From Candidatus Aenigmatarchaeota archaeon (GTDB lineage Archaea; Aenigmatarchaeota; Aenigmatarchaeia; GW2011-AR5; JAHLMP01), in assembly GCA_018920315.1 (NCBI GenBank), contig JAHLMP010000004.1:2753-64116 (forward strand): 61,364 nucleotides of DNA, in the 5' to 3' direction. Under the pieces are notes generated by a model. The model did no database searches, had not been told where the DNA came from, and saw only the letters and a program-made list of their open reading frames with translations. Shown here piece by piece: positions 10,461-20,614 of this stretch. Position 1 is the first letter of the stretch. Every line of letters starts with the position of its first letter. A program made the position numbers and the translations under genes.

Positions 10461-11552
10461 ATGTATAAAATAATTAAAGAGGGAGATATTTATATCAATG
10501 TTCCTGATGTAAGGATTCCTGAAGAAGGAAAGAATATTGGATTTTACAATCCAAGAATGAAAACAGATCGTGACATCTCTATAGCTATTCTTGCAAGTTT
10601 TATAAAGAGATTTAATATTAAAAATCCTATTATTCTTGACTTAATGGCTGCAAGTGGAGTAAGAGGGTTGAGATATAAAAAAGAAATTGGAGGAGATGTC
10701 ACTCTCAATGATATAAGCGAAAGTGCTTTTAATCTAATAAAAAGGAATGCAGAGATGAATTCTCTAAATGTAAAAATTTTTAACAAAGATGCTAGATTGT
10801 TAGCTTTGACGCTTAAAAAAGATAATGTTAAATTTGATTTTATAGATATCGATCCTTTTGGATCTCCTAAGGGTTTTATAGAATATTGCATTCCACTAAC
10901 AAAAGATATTACCCTTTTCTCAATTACAGCCACGGATACGCCTGTACTTTTTGGATTATATCCAGAAGCTTGCTTAAAAAGATATGGATTTAGAGTAGAA
11001 AAGTTATATTTTTATAGAGAGGTTGGAACAAGAGTTCTATTAAGCTTTGTAATAAAGAAATTTGAAGAGAATAATAAGTCGATAGCTCCTTTGCTTTGCT
11101 ATTCTACTGCTCACTATGTCAAGCTATTTTTTATATCAAGCGAGGAGCTATCGTCGAAGCAATTGAAAAACTTCGAGAGCTTAGAAAAATATGAGGACTG
11201 GATTAGATTAAATGAGGAAGATGTTTTAGAAAAGATAAAAAATATCGGAAAAATTTATCTTGGAAATCTTTGTAACAAGGATTTTTGTAATGATGTTTTA
11301 GAAGAGATTAGGTTAAGAAATCTTGATGGAGCAAAGATTCTCAATCTCGCGATAAATGAAATAGAAATTCCTTTTTATTATGACATTCATTATATTGCTA
11401 AAAGGTTTAAGATTCATGAAATACCAAAATCTACTGAGATTTTAGATAATCTTAGAAAATCTGGATTTTTAGCAAGTAGAACAGTTTTTTGTGAAAGAGG
11501 TATAAAAACAAATGCAAAAGCAAGAGAATTAATTTATTTTATGAAAAAATAG
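10461..11552 (+). CDS. trm1: tRNA (guanine26-N2)-dimethyltransferase
   Basis: FYNPRMKTDRDISI, DLMAASGVRGLRY, DIDPFGSP, TATD. Confidence 0.92.
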   Translation: MYKIIKEGDIYINVPDVRIPEEGKNIGFYNPRMKTDRDISIAILASFIKRFNIKNPIILDLMAASGVRGLRYKKEIGGDVTLNDISESAFNLIKRNAEMNSLNVKIFNKDARLLALTLKKDNVKFDFIDIDPFGSPKGFIEYCIPLTKDITLFSITATDTPVLFGLYPEACLKRYGFRVEKLYFYREVGTRVLLSFVIKKFEENNKSIAPLLCYSTAHYVKLFFISSEELSSKQLKNFESLEKYEDWIRLNEEDVLEKIKNIGKIYLGNLCNKDFCNDVLEEIRLRNLDGAKILNLAINEIEIPFYYDIHYIAKRFKIHEIPKSTEILDNLRKSGFLASRTVFCERGIKTNAKARELIYFMKK

Positions 11553-11715
11553 CATGAAGAATTTGCATGAGATTAATTGATAGTAAATAGTTAATTAATA
11601 ATAAATGGTACAAGTTATTGAATTACTTATCTTCAACTTTCCAATTATTTTTCATTTCAAACATTTTTCATTGAGCATAGCTATCTAATTATCATACATT
11701 TCTATGCCTTTTCGT

Positions 11716-13584
11716 TCATTTGAATCTTATTGTTTCTAGATTTCTTGGAGCACCTACCTCTGCCTTCATTATTTGTCTTATAGTTTTTGCAAGCTCCACG
11801 CATTTTGAGTTTTCTCCATGATTTACTATTATCTTTTTTGGCTTTGTTTTTAAATGAGAAATAAAGTTTATCAACTCTTTTTGAGGAGAATGGCCGCTTA
11901 GCCCTTCTATTGTAACAACCTCTAAATTTAATTGAATAGTCTTTGCTCCAAACTCTACAATTTTCCATCCTTTTTGAACTTTTCTACCTAAGGTACCTTC
12001 GCCTTGATAACCAACAAAGATTAGCATGTTTCTCTCATCTTCTCCCATTTTTTCAAGATAATTTAGGATAGGGCCTCCATTAAGCATACCTGAAGTAGAT
12101 ATTATAACACTAGGTTTTGCTTCGGCAATTACCTTTTCCCTCTCTTGTTGTGATCCTATACTTCTAATTCTTGAATCTGTGAATGGGTTCTCTGATTGAT
12201 GCAATATTTTATTTTCCATATCTCTACTTAAAAATTCTGGATATGCTGTATGAATTGCTGTTGCATCCCAAAGCATTCCATCTAAATAAATTGGAATATC
12301 CAACTCTTCTTTTGGTATAGAGCATAATATTACTAATACATCTTGTCCTCTTTCGGCTGCGAAGCTTGGTACTAGAACCTTACCTCCTCTTTCTATAGCT
12401 CTTTTTACGCTCTCTATAAGATTTTTTTCAGCCTCTCTTCTACTAGGATGTACATCACTTGCAGAACCATAAGTAGCTTCTATAATTACCCCTTCTACCC
12501 TTGTAAAGTTTGTTCTTGCAGGAGAAAATAATCTTGTTATTCCGTATTTCATATCTCCAGTATAAAGCAAATTGTATAATCCATTTCCTATATTTAAATG
12601 AATTAGAGATGAGCCAAGCATGTGACCAGCATTCTCAAGGGTTAATCGCATATCAGGAGCTATATCTGTAACCTCTCCATAATCTAAGCTAACGCTATGT
12701 TTAATCATTTCTTCTATTCCTCTTATTCCATAAGGTACTTCTCTTCCTTCTCTTTGACAAACCTCTATATAATCCATTTGAAGCAAGGCCATCAAATCTC
12801 TTGTAGGCTCTGTGCAGTATATTGGACCACGAAAGTTATATTTTTCATAGAGCAATGGAACTAGACCACAATGATCTAAGTGAGCATGAGAAATTATTAT
12901 TGCATCAAGATCTTGGATATTAAATTCAGGAGCATTTAGATAAGGATATGGCTCTTTTTGATTTGATACTGAAATGCCGCAATCTAGCAAAACATTTGTT
13001 TGCGGGGTTCTTAAAAGAATGCAAGATCTGCCAACTTCTCTTGCTCCACCCAAGAATGTAGTTCTAATCCATTCTACTTCTTTCATCTGAGAGTATATCT
13101 TTTTTCCAAGCTCATGCAAGAATTTTTTTCTGTTTTCTGCCTCTTTATGAAGCATTCTTCTTATTGCAACTATAAGCTCGCTTTGAATGTCACCACTTCT
13201 CTTTATGTTTGGCGTCCAGTTAGTCTTTTCTAATATTTTTCTTATGATTTCTCCATTTTTTCCTATAATTACACCTGGTCTTTTTGCATGTATTATTACC
13301 TTCGAAAATTCTTTCTCAAAATAAATTTCTGTAATTTCGCTTGCTGGTGGTATTATTTCTCTTATTATATTTTCTGTTTTCTCAGCATCTTCTAATATAC
13401 TTGGATCAGCTCTTACCATTATTCTCTTTTTTAGTTTATTTACAATACTCTTTATCTCTTCTGTTGAATTTTTTAGAAAATCTTCATTCTTTGTATAAAT
13501 TATTATATTCGACCCTTCATAACATATCTCACTTATCAAATCTTCTCTTATTTCAGCGTTTATTTTTTGGAGTATCTCTTCCAT
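11716..13584 (-). CDS. fttA: aCPSF1/FttA KH-domain beta-CASP ribonuclease (transcription termination factor)
   Basis: N-terminal KH (PGVIIGKNG), LGGAREVGRS, SHAHLDH, AGHMLGS, GLSGHS; conserved neighbour of psmB. Confidence 0.95.
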   Translation of the reverse strand: MEEILQKINAEIREDLISEICYEGSNIIIYTKNEDFLKNSTEEIKSIVNKLKKRIMVRADPSILEDAEKTENIIREIIPPASEITEIYFEKEFSKVIIHAKRPGVIIGKNGEIIRKILEKTNWTPNIKRSGDIQSELIVAIRRMLHKEAENRKKFLHELGKKIYSQMKEVEWIRTTFLGGAREVGRSCILLRTPQTNVLLDCGISVSNQKEPYPYLNAPEFNIQDLDAIIISHAHLDHCGLVPLLYEKYNFRGPIYCTEPTRDLMALLQMDYIEVCQREGREVPYGIRGIEEMIKHSVSLDYGEVTDIAPDMRLTLENAGHMLGSSLIHLNIGNGLYNLLYTGDMKYGITRLFSPARTNFTRVEGVIIEATYGSASDVHPSRREAEKNLIESVKRAIERGGKVLVPSFAAERGQDVLVILCSIPKEELDIPIYLDGMLWDATAIHTAYPEFLSRDMENKILHQSENPFTDSRIRSIGSQQEREKVIAEAKPSVIISTSGMLNGGPILNYLEKMGEDERNMLIFVGYQGEGTLGRKVQKGWKIVEFGAKTIQLNLEVVTIEGLSGHSPQKELINFISHLKTKPKKIIVNHGENSKCVELAKTIRQIMKAEVGAPRNLETIRFK

Positions 13585-13653
13585 TTTCTCACCACAGAGA
13601 ATTTTTTATAAATAATGAATGAGACTACTTGAGTTTGAAGATATGAAAATTAT

Positions 13654-14250
13654 TTATTCAAAAGTTTGTAATTCAATTCCGTCCTTTGTTATTATTGCTA
13701 CATCTATTCGCTTGCCACCAGAGAAAACATCTCTTTCTCTTGCTGCCTTTATTGCTTCTACTGCGAGTTTTATCGCTTCCTCTTTGCTAATATCTTCTTT
13801 ATACTCTTTCTCTAATATTCCATAAACCAATGGGGAGCCAGAGCCACTTGCAATATATTTATCTTCTGTAATGCCACCTATGGCATCGATGCCAAAAATT
13901 CTTGCTCCGCTAGAATCATAGCCTCCGACTATTAATCCGACAAGATATGGGAAAAACCTACTTGACTGTAGTATATTTGAAATCAATGTTACAACTGCGT
14001 TGACTGTTACGCTACTCTCTAATTTATATAAACTTATTTCTGCTTTCACTATTCTTATCAATTGCTGTAAATCTCCTACAGAGCCAGAGGTTGTAACGGC
14101 TATTTTATCATCTATAGCATATATCTTCTTGTCTTCTTTACTTACTACAAGATTCCCCATTGTTGATTTTGTTTCTGCTGCAAGTATTACACAATTTTTA
14201 GCCTTAATTCCGCATGTTGTTGTTCCAATCATATTTTTTCTTTTAATCAT
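13654..14250 (-). CDS. psmB: Proteasome subunit beta
   Basis: Short propeptide then G|TTTCG, GSVGDLQ, SGSGSP, RDVFSGG. Confidence 0.95.
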   Translation of the reverse strand: MIKRKNMIGTTTCGIKAKNCVILAAETKSTMGNLVVSKEDKKIYAIDDKIAVTTSGSVGDLQQLIRIVKAEISLYKLESSVTVNAVVTLISNILQSSRFFPYLVGLIVGGYDSSGARIFGIDAIGGITEDKYIASGSGSPLVYGILEKEYKEDISKEEAIKLAVEAIKAARERDVFSGGKRIDVAIITKDGIELQTFE

Positions 14251-14430
14251 ACGATCTCCTTCAGAAATTTGATAAGAAGATATTATTGATAAAATATTTA
14301 AATATTAAATATTTAAATGGTTTAAAATCTTTAGCAAGCAAGGTTTTTGCTGTTATTCTTCACTTTTTATTTTTCGTTTTTCTCATTTTCCATCTTCTAT
14401 TTCTCTATCTTTATTTTATAATCAAATAGC

Positions 14431-14883
14431 TCAACAATCAATTAAAGAATTTCCGTCAATCTCATCGTCAACCTTTGGACAATTTGTTTTTACCACAGCC
14501 AAAGCTATCTCGCTTTTCTCTCCTATCTCTATGTTAAAATATTTTCTATTTCCAACTAATAAAGCATCTTCGAGACCAAGTTGAGTAGAGTTATAAACTA
14601 ATGTTGTGCCATTTTTGTAAACAACATTAATTTCAATATCTCTAAGCTCTATATTTCCTGTATTTTCTATTATTCCTGTAAGATTATTTCCATTAACACA
14701 AACATTTCTGAACGAAATTGCACCATAAGAGCAATCTATCTTTTGCGATGTCTGATTTCCAATTCTTTCGCTCGTTTCTAAGGAAAATGATCTATACCAA
14801 TTCATTATAATCATTGCAGTAGAAATTGTAAATGCTACAATTAGAACAGTAGCAACTAATGGAGATAAACCTTTTTTCATCAT
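14431..14883 (-). CDS. Archaeal type IV pilin
   Basis: MMKKG|LSPLVATVLIVAFTIS is a canonical archaeal pilin N-terminus. Confidence 0.85.
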   Translation of the reverse strand: MMKKGLSPLVATVLIVAFTISTAMIIMNWYRSFSLETSERIGNQTSQKIDCSYGAISFRNVCVNGNNLTGIIENTGNIELRDIEINVVYKNGTTLVYNSTQLGLEDALLVGNRKYFNIEIGEKSEIALAVVKTNCPKVDDEIDGNSLIDC

Positions 14884-14911
14884 AGTCCTCCCAACTAAAT
14901 TAAAAGAGTTT

Positions 14912-15403
14912 CTAAAAGCTTTTCATCTTTTCAATCTCGCTTTTCATTGTAGTTAATTCTTCGTAAAGTTGTTTTAGAGAATCTTCTAATTCATTAGCTT
15001 CTATAGCCTTTGGCTTTATTGTTTCTTTCACCTTTTCTATCTCCTCGCTTCCTGTTCTCAAAAAGTTGGCATCGAGCTGCGTTATATTCTTCTCAACCCT
15101 TTGCAAAGTAATTCTTAAAGTATTTAACGTATCGCTCTTTACCTGATCTATCTCCTCTAGTATAGAAAAGAGATTTCTTAAGCCTGCAAGCAATGTTTTT
15201 ATTTCTTGGATTATTGTTATTATTTCTCTGTATTTTTCTACTTTTACAAAAAGCGGAGCTGGAACAGAAGAAGCTGCTTTTTCAATATTTTTTAATTCTT
15301 TACTTTCATATCCTTCTTTCTCTTTGGACTTTTCCTCAGCTTGGCTCTCTGCCCCAAAATTATTTACAAGCTCTTTTTCGCTTCTTTTTCTAAAAATTAC
15401 CAT
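14912..15403 (-). CDS. Coiled-coil hypothetical protein
   Basis: 163 aa with PLFVKVEKYREII followed by heptad repeats. Confidence 0.6.
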   Translation of the reverse strand: MVIFRKRSEKELVNNFGAESQAEEKSKEKEGYESKELKNIEKAASSVPAPLFVKVEKYREIITIIQEIKTLLAGLRNLFSILEEIDQVKSDTLNTLRITLQRVEKNITQLDANFLRTGSEEIEKVKETIKPKAIEANELEDSLKQLYEELTTMKSEIEKMKSF

Positions 15404-15462
15404 TCCTATCTCACTTTATTAATAATAAAATAAATTACCTATTCAAACTTTATAAACCTAAA

Positions 15463-15564
15463 TGCGCTGGGCGGGAATTCCTTTTTTATAAAAATTCGAA
15501 CCCGCGTTTCTGCCGCTCTACTAGTATTGGCAGGGCAGTGTCCTAACCATTAGACTACCAGCGC
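15463..15564 (-). tRNA. tRNA-Gly(GCC) with two introns (37/38 at 15516-15527; T-loop 59/60 at 15477-15494)
   Basis: Acceptor GCGCTGG/CCAGCGC-A, anticodon arm CTGCC-CTGCCAC-GGCAG after removing 12 nt, T arm GCGGG-TTCGAAT-CCCGC after removing 18 nt; BHL/BHB-like junctions. Confidence 0.9.
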
Positions 15565-15647
15565 AAGTTTATCTATTTTCAAGTTTTTCTCTATTCAATA
15601 AAATAATTATTAACAATTCTTAAAATTTATTTATTAACCTTATTATT

Positions 15648-17498
15648 ATGCTATTTCCTTTCGAAAGCGTAAGAGAAGGACAAAAAGAATTGATGGAAGA
15701 TGTTATGAAATGTTTAGAAAATAAAATGAGCTTAATTGCAAATGCTCCTTCTGGTGTAGGAAAAACGGCAGCAACATTAGCACCTTCACTTGAGTATGCT
15801 ATCAAAAACGGAAAGACTGTGTTTTTTCTAACCCCAAAACATTCTCAACATAAAATCGTGATAGACACAATAAGAAAAATAAGGGAAAGATTTAATGTGA
15901 ACATATTAGCTATAGATATAATAGGAAAAAAATGGTTGTGCCAAGTTTCAGGTGTGGATTTTCTTACTACTCAAGATTTTAACGAGTATTGTCTAACATT
16001 AAAAAAGAATGAGAGATGCATATTTTATAACAATACAAGAGAAAAAGGTGAGCTTAGCGAAAGAGCTTGCGAAATTATTGAAGAAATTATTAGAAATCAA
16101 CCACTGCATGCGGAAGAGCTTAAATCATTGTGTAAAAATCTTTGCCCTTATGAGATTGCTTTAGAAGTTGCTAAGAAAGCAAACTTAATAGTTTGCGACT
16201 ACTATCATATATTCTCTTGGATAAGAGAAAAATTATTTGCGAGAACGAAAAAATCTATAGAAGATTCAATAATAATAGTAGATGAAGCTCATAATCTACC
16301 TGATAGAATAAGAAATATTTTATCAGCAAAGCTCACAACAAGGACTATAAGAAATGCATTGAAAGAAGCTTATAAATTTGGATTTGAAGATGTTGGCGAA
16401 ACAATATCTAAAATAGAAGATATAATGATAAATCTTGCTAAAAAAAGTAACGAGGAAGAGTTTTTCATAAGCAAGGATGATTTGACAAGAGAATTAGAAA
16501 CCATAGATGATTATTACAAAATTATTGAAGATTTCGAGATTGCTGCAATAGAAGTTAGAGAAGAAAGGAAGAGGTCTTTCATAGGGAGCATAGCTAGATT
16601 CTTAGATATGTGGCAAAATGAGGATGAAGGTTATACAAGAATATTAAAGAAAGAGAAAGAAGAACAAGAAACAAAAATATCTCTAAATTATATTTGCTTA
16701 GATCCCAGAATACTTTCTAAAGATATAATGATTGCACATAGCATAATATTAATGTCAGGAACTCTTACACCGATGCACATGTATAAGGATTTATTAGGAT
16801 TCGAAGAAAATACAATATGTAAAAGTTACAAGTCTTGTTTTCCTCGAGAAAATAGATTAAATATAATAATTTCAGATGTAACTACGGAATTCAAGAAAAG
16901 AAATGAGGAAAATCTTAGAAAGATTTCTGATTATATAGTAGAGGTTTCATCCATAATAGATGGAAATATGGCAGCATTCTTTCCAAGCTATGAGCTCAGA
17001 GACAAAATTTATTATATGATTAGAGAAAGACTAAAAGATAGAAAAATTTTTATAGAAGTGCAAAATTCTAGCAAGGAGGAAAAGATGAAATTATTTAATG
17101 ATTTTATGAATTCTTCTCGCGCTATTTTGCTTGGAACTCAAGCAGGCTCTTTTTCAGAAGGAGTTGATTTTTTTGGAGGCGTACTGAAATGCGTTATAAT
17201 TGTTGGTCTTTCTTTAAGTCAACCAAACTTAGAAACAAAGGCCTTGATAGATTATTACGATAAAAAATTTGGAAAAGGTAGAGAATATGGCTACGTTTAT
17301 CCTGCAATTCATCGCGCTCTCCAAAGCGCTGGAAGATGCATAAGAAAGGAAAGCGACTATGGAGTTGCAATATTTATGGATAAGCGCTTTCTTTGGAAGA
17401 ATTATAGACTTGCATTTCCTTCTGACATTGAATTTAAAATTACAACCAACCCAAAAAATCTCATAGAAGATTTTTTTAAGAGCAAAAAATGGAAATGA
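15648..17498 (+). CDS. xpd: XPD/Rad3/DinG-family Fe-S DNA helicase
   Basis: APSGVGKT, Fe-S Cys residues (WLC, YC, RC, LCPYE), DEAHNL, SGTL, SEGVDF, QSAGRCIR. Confidence 0.9.
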   Translation: MLFPFESVREGQKELMEDVMKCLENKMSLIANAPSGVGKTAATLAPSLEYAIKNGKTVFFLTPKHSQHKIVIDTIRKIRERFNVNILAIDIIGKKWLCQVSGVDFLTTQDFNEYCLTLKKNERCIFYNNTREKGELSERACEIIEEIIRNQPLHAEELKSLCKNLCPYEIALEVAKKANLIVCDYYHIFSWIREKLFARTKKSIEDSIIIVDEAHNLPDRIRNILSAKLTTRTIRNALKEAYKFGFEDVGETISKIEDIMINLAKKSNEEEFFISKDDLTRELETIDDYYKIIEDFEIAAIEVREERKRSFIGSIARFLDMWQNEDEGYTRILKKEKEEQETKISLNYICLDPRILSKDIMIAHSIILMSGTLTPMHMYKDLLGFEENTICKSYKSCFPRENRLNIIISDVTTEFKKRNEENLRKISDYIVEVSSIIDGNMAAFFPSYELRDKIYYMIRERLKDRKIFIEVQNSSKEEKMKLFNDFMNSSRAILLGTQAGSFSEGVDFFGGVLKCVIIVGLSLSQPNLETKALIDYYDKKFGKGREYGYVYPAIHRALQSAGRCIRKESDYGVAIFMDKRFLWKNYRLAFPSDIEFKITTNPKNLIEDFFKSKKWK

Positions 17499-17569
17499 AA
17501 AATTAATGAATAATAAATAATGATGAAATCTATCAATGAATTTAATTATTAGAATGCATTACAAAAATA

Positions 17570-17956
17570 TTATGAAAAAATATCATCAAAATCTTTTCCA
17601 ACCAAATTACAAAATCTTTTTGATACTCTTCCATTATTTTTTATCGCATCCTCTAAACTAATAAACTTCCATCCCTTTCTTGGAATTTTCCATGCTATAT
17701 AAGCGTTTGCTCCTGCTTTTTCAACCCATTCTTTTAATTGCTCTAATTGCTCTTTTGGGACTACAAAAGCTAGATTTCTAGATTTACATTCTAAAGCGTA
17801 AACCTTAGATTTTTTTATTGCCACTATATCTGGTGTTGGCAAACCTATTCTTCCTGATCTAGGACTTCTTAAAACTACATAACCTTTATCGTAAAGTTTA
17901 TATAGTAACTCACGCTCACCGAGATAGCCCTTCATATATTTAGAATAACTCATCAA
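17570..17956 (-). CDS. hjc: Holliday junction resolvase Hjc
   Basis: KGYLGEREL...VLRSPRSG...PDIVA...LECK. Confidence 0.9.
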   Translation of the reverse strand: MMSYSKYMKGYLGERELLYKLYDKGYVVLRSPRSGRIGLPTPDIVAIKKSKVYALECKSRNLAFVVPKEQLEQLKEWVEKAGANAYIAWKIPRKGWKFISLEDAIKNNGRVSKRFCNLVGKDFDDIFS

Positions 17957-18006
17957 TCAGATTTTGCAAAGAAAATTTAAATATTTTGTAAATAAATATT
18001 TACTTC

Positions 18007-18537
18007 ATGAAATTGCGAGCAAGAGTAAAAGATGTGATGAGAAGGCAGATAAAAACAATAAAGGAGAATGCATCCATAAAAGATGCTGCAAATATAATGA
18101 AGAGAAATAGAATTGGTTCTGTTGTTGTGATAAATAATAAAAATAAAATTGTTGGAATTGTTACGAAAACAGATATAGTTTATAAGCATGTTGCAGAAGG
18201 AAAGAAAAGGTTGAAAGATATAATGACGAAAAGATTGATAAAAATATCTTCTGAAAAAACTTTAGAAGAAGCTGCAAGAGTTATGAATGAAAATAAAATA
18301 GAAAAATTGTTAGTTTATGATAATGGAAAACCTGTTGGAATAATTTCTATAACAGATATATTAAGAGTAGAGCCAGAACTTTTTGATATATTAATAGAAA
18401 AATTAAAACAAAGTATGCCTATAATAAAAGAGAGTGAGCCACTATTTGGAATTTGTGAAAATTGTGGTAACTACTCTGATTCTTTGATAGAAGTTAATGG
18501 AGTTTATGTCTGTCCAAAATGTGCAGAAGAAAAATAG
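18007..18537 (+). CDS. CBS-pair protein with C-terminal Zn ribbon
   Basis: Two CBS repeats plus GICENCG...VCPKC. Confidence 0.9.
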   Translation: MKLRARVKDVMRRQIKTIKENASIKDAANIMKRNRIGSVVVINNKNKIVGIVTKTDIVYKHVAEGKKRLKDIMTKRLIKISSEKTLEEAARVMNENKIEKLLVYDNGKPVGIISITDILRVEPELFDILIEKLKQSMPIIKESEPLFGICENCGNYSDSLIEVNGVYVCPKCAEEK

Positions 18538-18577
18538 AATTATAAAATAATTTTAATTCTAAATCTATATTTTTATT

Positions 18578-18982
18578 ATGGCTGAAATATTTGAGGAAGT
18601 TCTAAATGAAGAGCTTATACAAAAAAATGTAAATGATAGTGAGAAAGCATTTTTAAATATTTTAGAGTTAGCCGAAATATTTGGTGAGCTTAAAGAGAGA
18701 GAAAGAAAAATCTATACGTCAGCAAAAGGAGAGATTATTACAGCTTCTTTTGAAGTAAAAAAATCTTTTGATTCGATATCTTTCTTAAATTTTTATTTTG
18801 AAATTATAGTTGAAGAAAACTTTATAAAAATTTATATAAAATCTTCGTTAAATTCAGCTCTTGAGCAAAGCGAATTTTTGTTCAACGAATTTTACATAAA
18901 TAAATACTATCCGAAGCTTCTAGAGAAGAGTAAGAAAATCTCAAAAGAATTTATAGAAAAAATTAAGCAAATTATATCTTAG
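18578..18982 (+). CDS. Hypothetical protein
   Basis: 134 aa ORF with host-like composition; no motif recognised. Confidence 0.55.
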   Translation: MAEIFEEVLNEELIQKNVNDSEKAFLNILELAEIFGELKERERKIYTSAKGEIITASFEVKKSFDSISFLNFYFEIIVEENFIKIYIKSSLNSALEQSEFLFNEFYINKYYPKLLEKSKKISKEFIEKIKQIIS

Positions 18983-20561
18983 AAAATATTGGATATGGCT
19001 TATTTATTCTATGCCCCTCGCTTATAATTAAATTTTTTGTTAAATCTGGCCAAAAAAGTTTTTCAAAATTTAACTGCTCCTTTATTTTCTCGCATGAGAA
19101 AGGAATGAATGGATAAAGTAGATTGCACATTAATGCAACAGCATTTGCGCTAAGATATAAACAAGTATTTGCAGTTCCTTTCCATGGCTCTTTTTCTTGA
19201 AAATACTTGTTGCAAAATGAAGAAAAATCAACAATTAATTTTAGTGCTTTTTCAAATTCAAGTGCTTCAGAATATTTTTCGATCTCGCCAGGCAACTTTT
19301 TCATCCTTTCTAGAAATTCGTTATCGATATTATCAAAATTTTCCGGAGATGGAACAAAACCATTAAACTTATTCCAAATAAAGCTTAAAGTCCTATAGAT
19401 AAAGTTTCCTATGTTTTCGATGAGCTCGCTATTTACCACTTCTTTAAAAGAACTCCATTCAAAATTTGCATCTGCTTGACTATAGCTAATTATTCTTGCC
19501 AAATAGTAGCGAAGATAATCTGCATAATATTTCTCTAAGAATTCTCTTAAACTTATATACCAACCTCTACTTTTCGAGATCTTTTTTCCTTCTAATAGAA
19601 GATGACCTCTAACAGGAATGAAATCTGGAAGCTTGAATTCACCTTCACCCAAGCGCATTGCAGGAAGAAATAGGTAGTGATGATAAATGATATCCTTTCC
19701 TATAAAGTGATATATTATGCTTGAGTTCCAAACATCCTTTCCATTCAAATTTTTATCTTCGCAATATTTTAATACTGAAGATATGTAGCATAAATGATTT
19801 TCAAACCAGCCATAAAGGACCTTTCCATTCTCTATAGCTACTCCCCAAGAAATATCTCTTGTTATGTCCCAATCTTGTAGTCCCATATCTATCCAAGAAA
19901 TTACATAATTCTTCACATCATTTTGCAAATTTTTATTTTTCAATAACCAATCTTTTATTTCTTTGCCAAAAATTGAAAGCTTGAAGAAATAATGCTCAGA
20001 TTCTTTTTTTATTGGCTCGTTTCCACAAATGCTACATTTTGGTTCTAATATCTCTCCTTCATATATTACTCTCCCGCAAGCTTCGCAAGAATCAGAGTAT
20101 TGATTTTCAGCTTTGCAATAAGGACAAGTTCCTTTCACATAGCGGTCAGGCAAAAATCTATTGCAATTGTTACAATAATATTGCTCTACTTTCTTCTTGT
20201 ATATATAACCCTTCTCCCTTAAAACCTTGAAGAAATATTGTGCAAGTTTTATACTATCTTCTGAGCTAGTTCTATGAAATATATCAAAAACTATTCCGAG
20301 TTTTTCAAAATCTTCCTTATCTCTTTTATACCAATATGCAACATAATCTTGTGGTGATTTTCCTTCTTGCTCAGCTTTTATTAGTATTGGCGTACCAAAA
20401 TCATCTGTACCGCAAGCAAATATTACATTTTCTCCTTTTAACTTAAGATATTTTACAAATATATCTGCTGGCAAATATGTTGATGCAACATGCCCTAAGT
20501 GAAGCTCACCATTTGCATAAGGTAATGCACAGGTTACTATTCTACTAACTTTATTATTCAT
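18972..20561 (-). CDS. metG: Methionine--tRNA ligase (short form, no C-terminal tRNA-binding domain)
   Basis: ALPYANGELHLGH, Zn-knuckle CxxC motifs, FIGKDI, KISKS. Confidence 0.95.
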   Translation of the reverse strand: MNNKVSRIVTCALPYANGELHLGHVASTYLPADIFVKYLKLKGENVIFACGTDDFGTPILIKAEQEGKSPQDYVAYWYKRDKEDFEKLGIVFDIFHRTSSEDSIKLAQYFFKVLREKGYIYKKKVEQYYCNNCNRFLPDRYVKGTCPYCKAENQYSDSCEACGRVIYEGEILEPKCSICGNEPIKKESEHYFFKLSIFGKEIKDWLLKNKNLQNDVKNYVISWIDMGLQDWDITRDISWGVAIENGKVLYGWFENHLCYISSVLKYCEDKNLNGKDVWNSSIIYHFIGKDIIYHHYLFLPAMRLGEGEFKLPDFIPVRGHLLLEGKKISKSRGWYISLREFLEKYYADYLRYYLARIISYSQADANFEWSSFKEVVNSELIENIGNFIYRTLSFIWNKFNGFVPSPENFDNIDNEFLERMKKLPGEIEKYSEALEFEKALKLIVDFSSFCNKYFQEKEPWKGTANTCLYLSANAVALMCNLLYPFIPFSCEKIKEQLNFEKLFWPDLTKNLIISEGHRINKPYPIFSKI

Positions 20562-20614
20562 AAATTTTCTAAATCTTGGAATATATTTAAAATTTCCTTA
20601 CTATTTTTTTCAAT

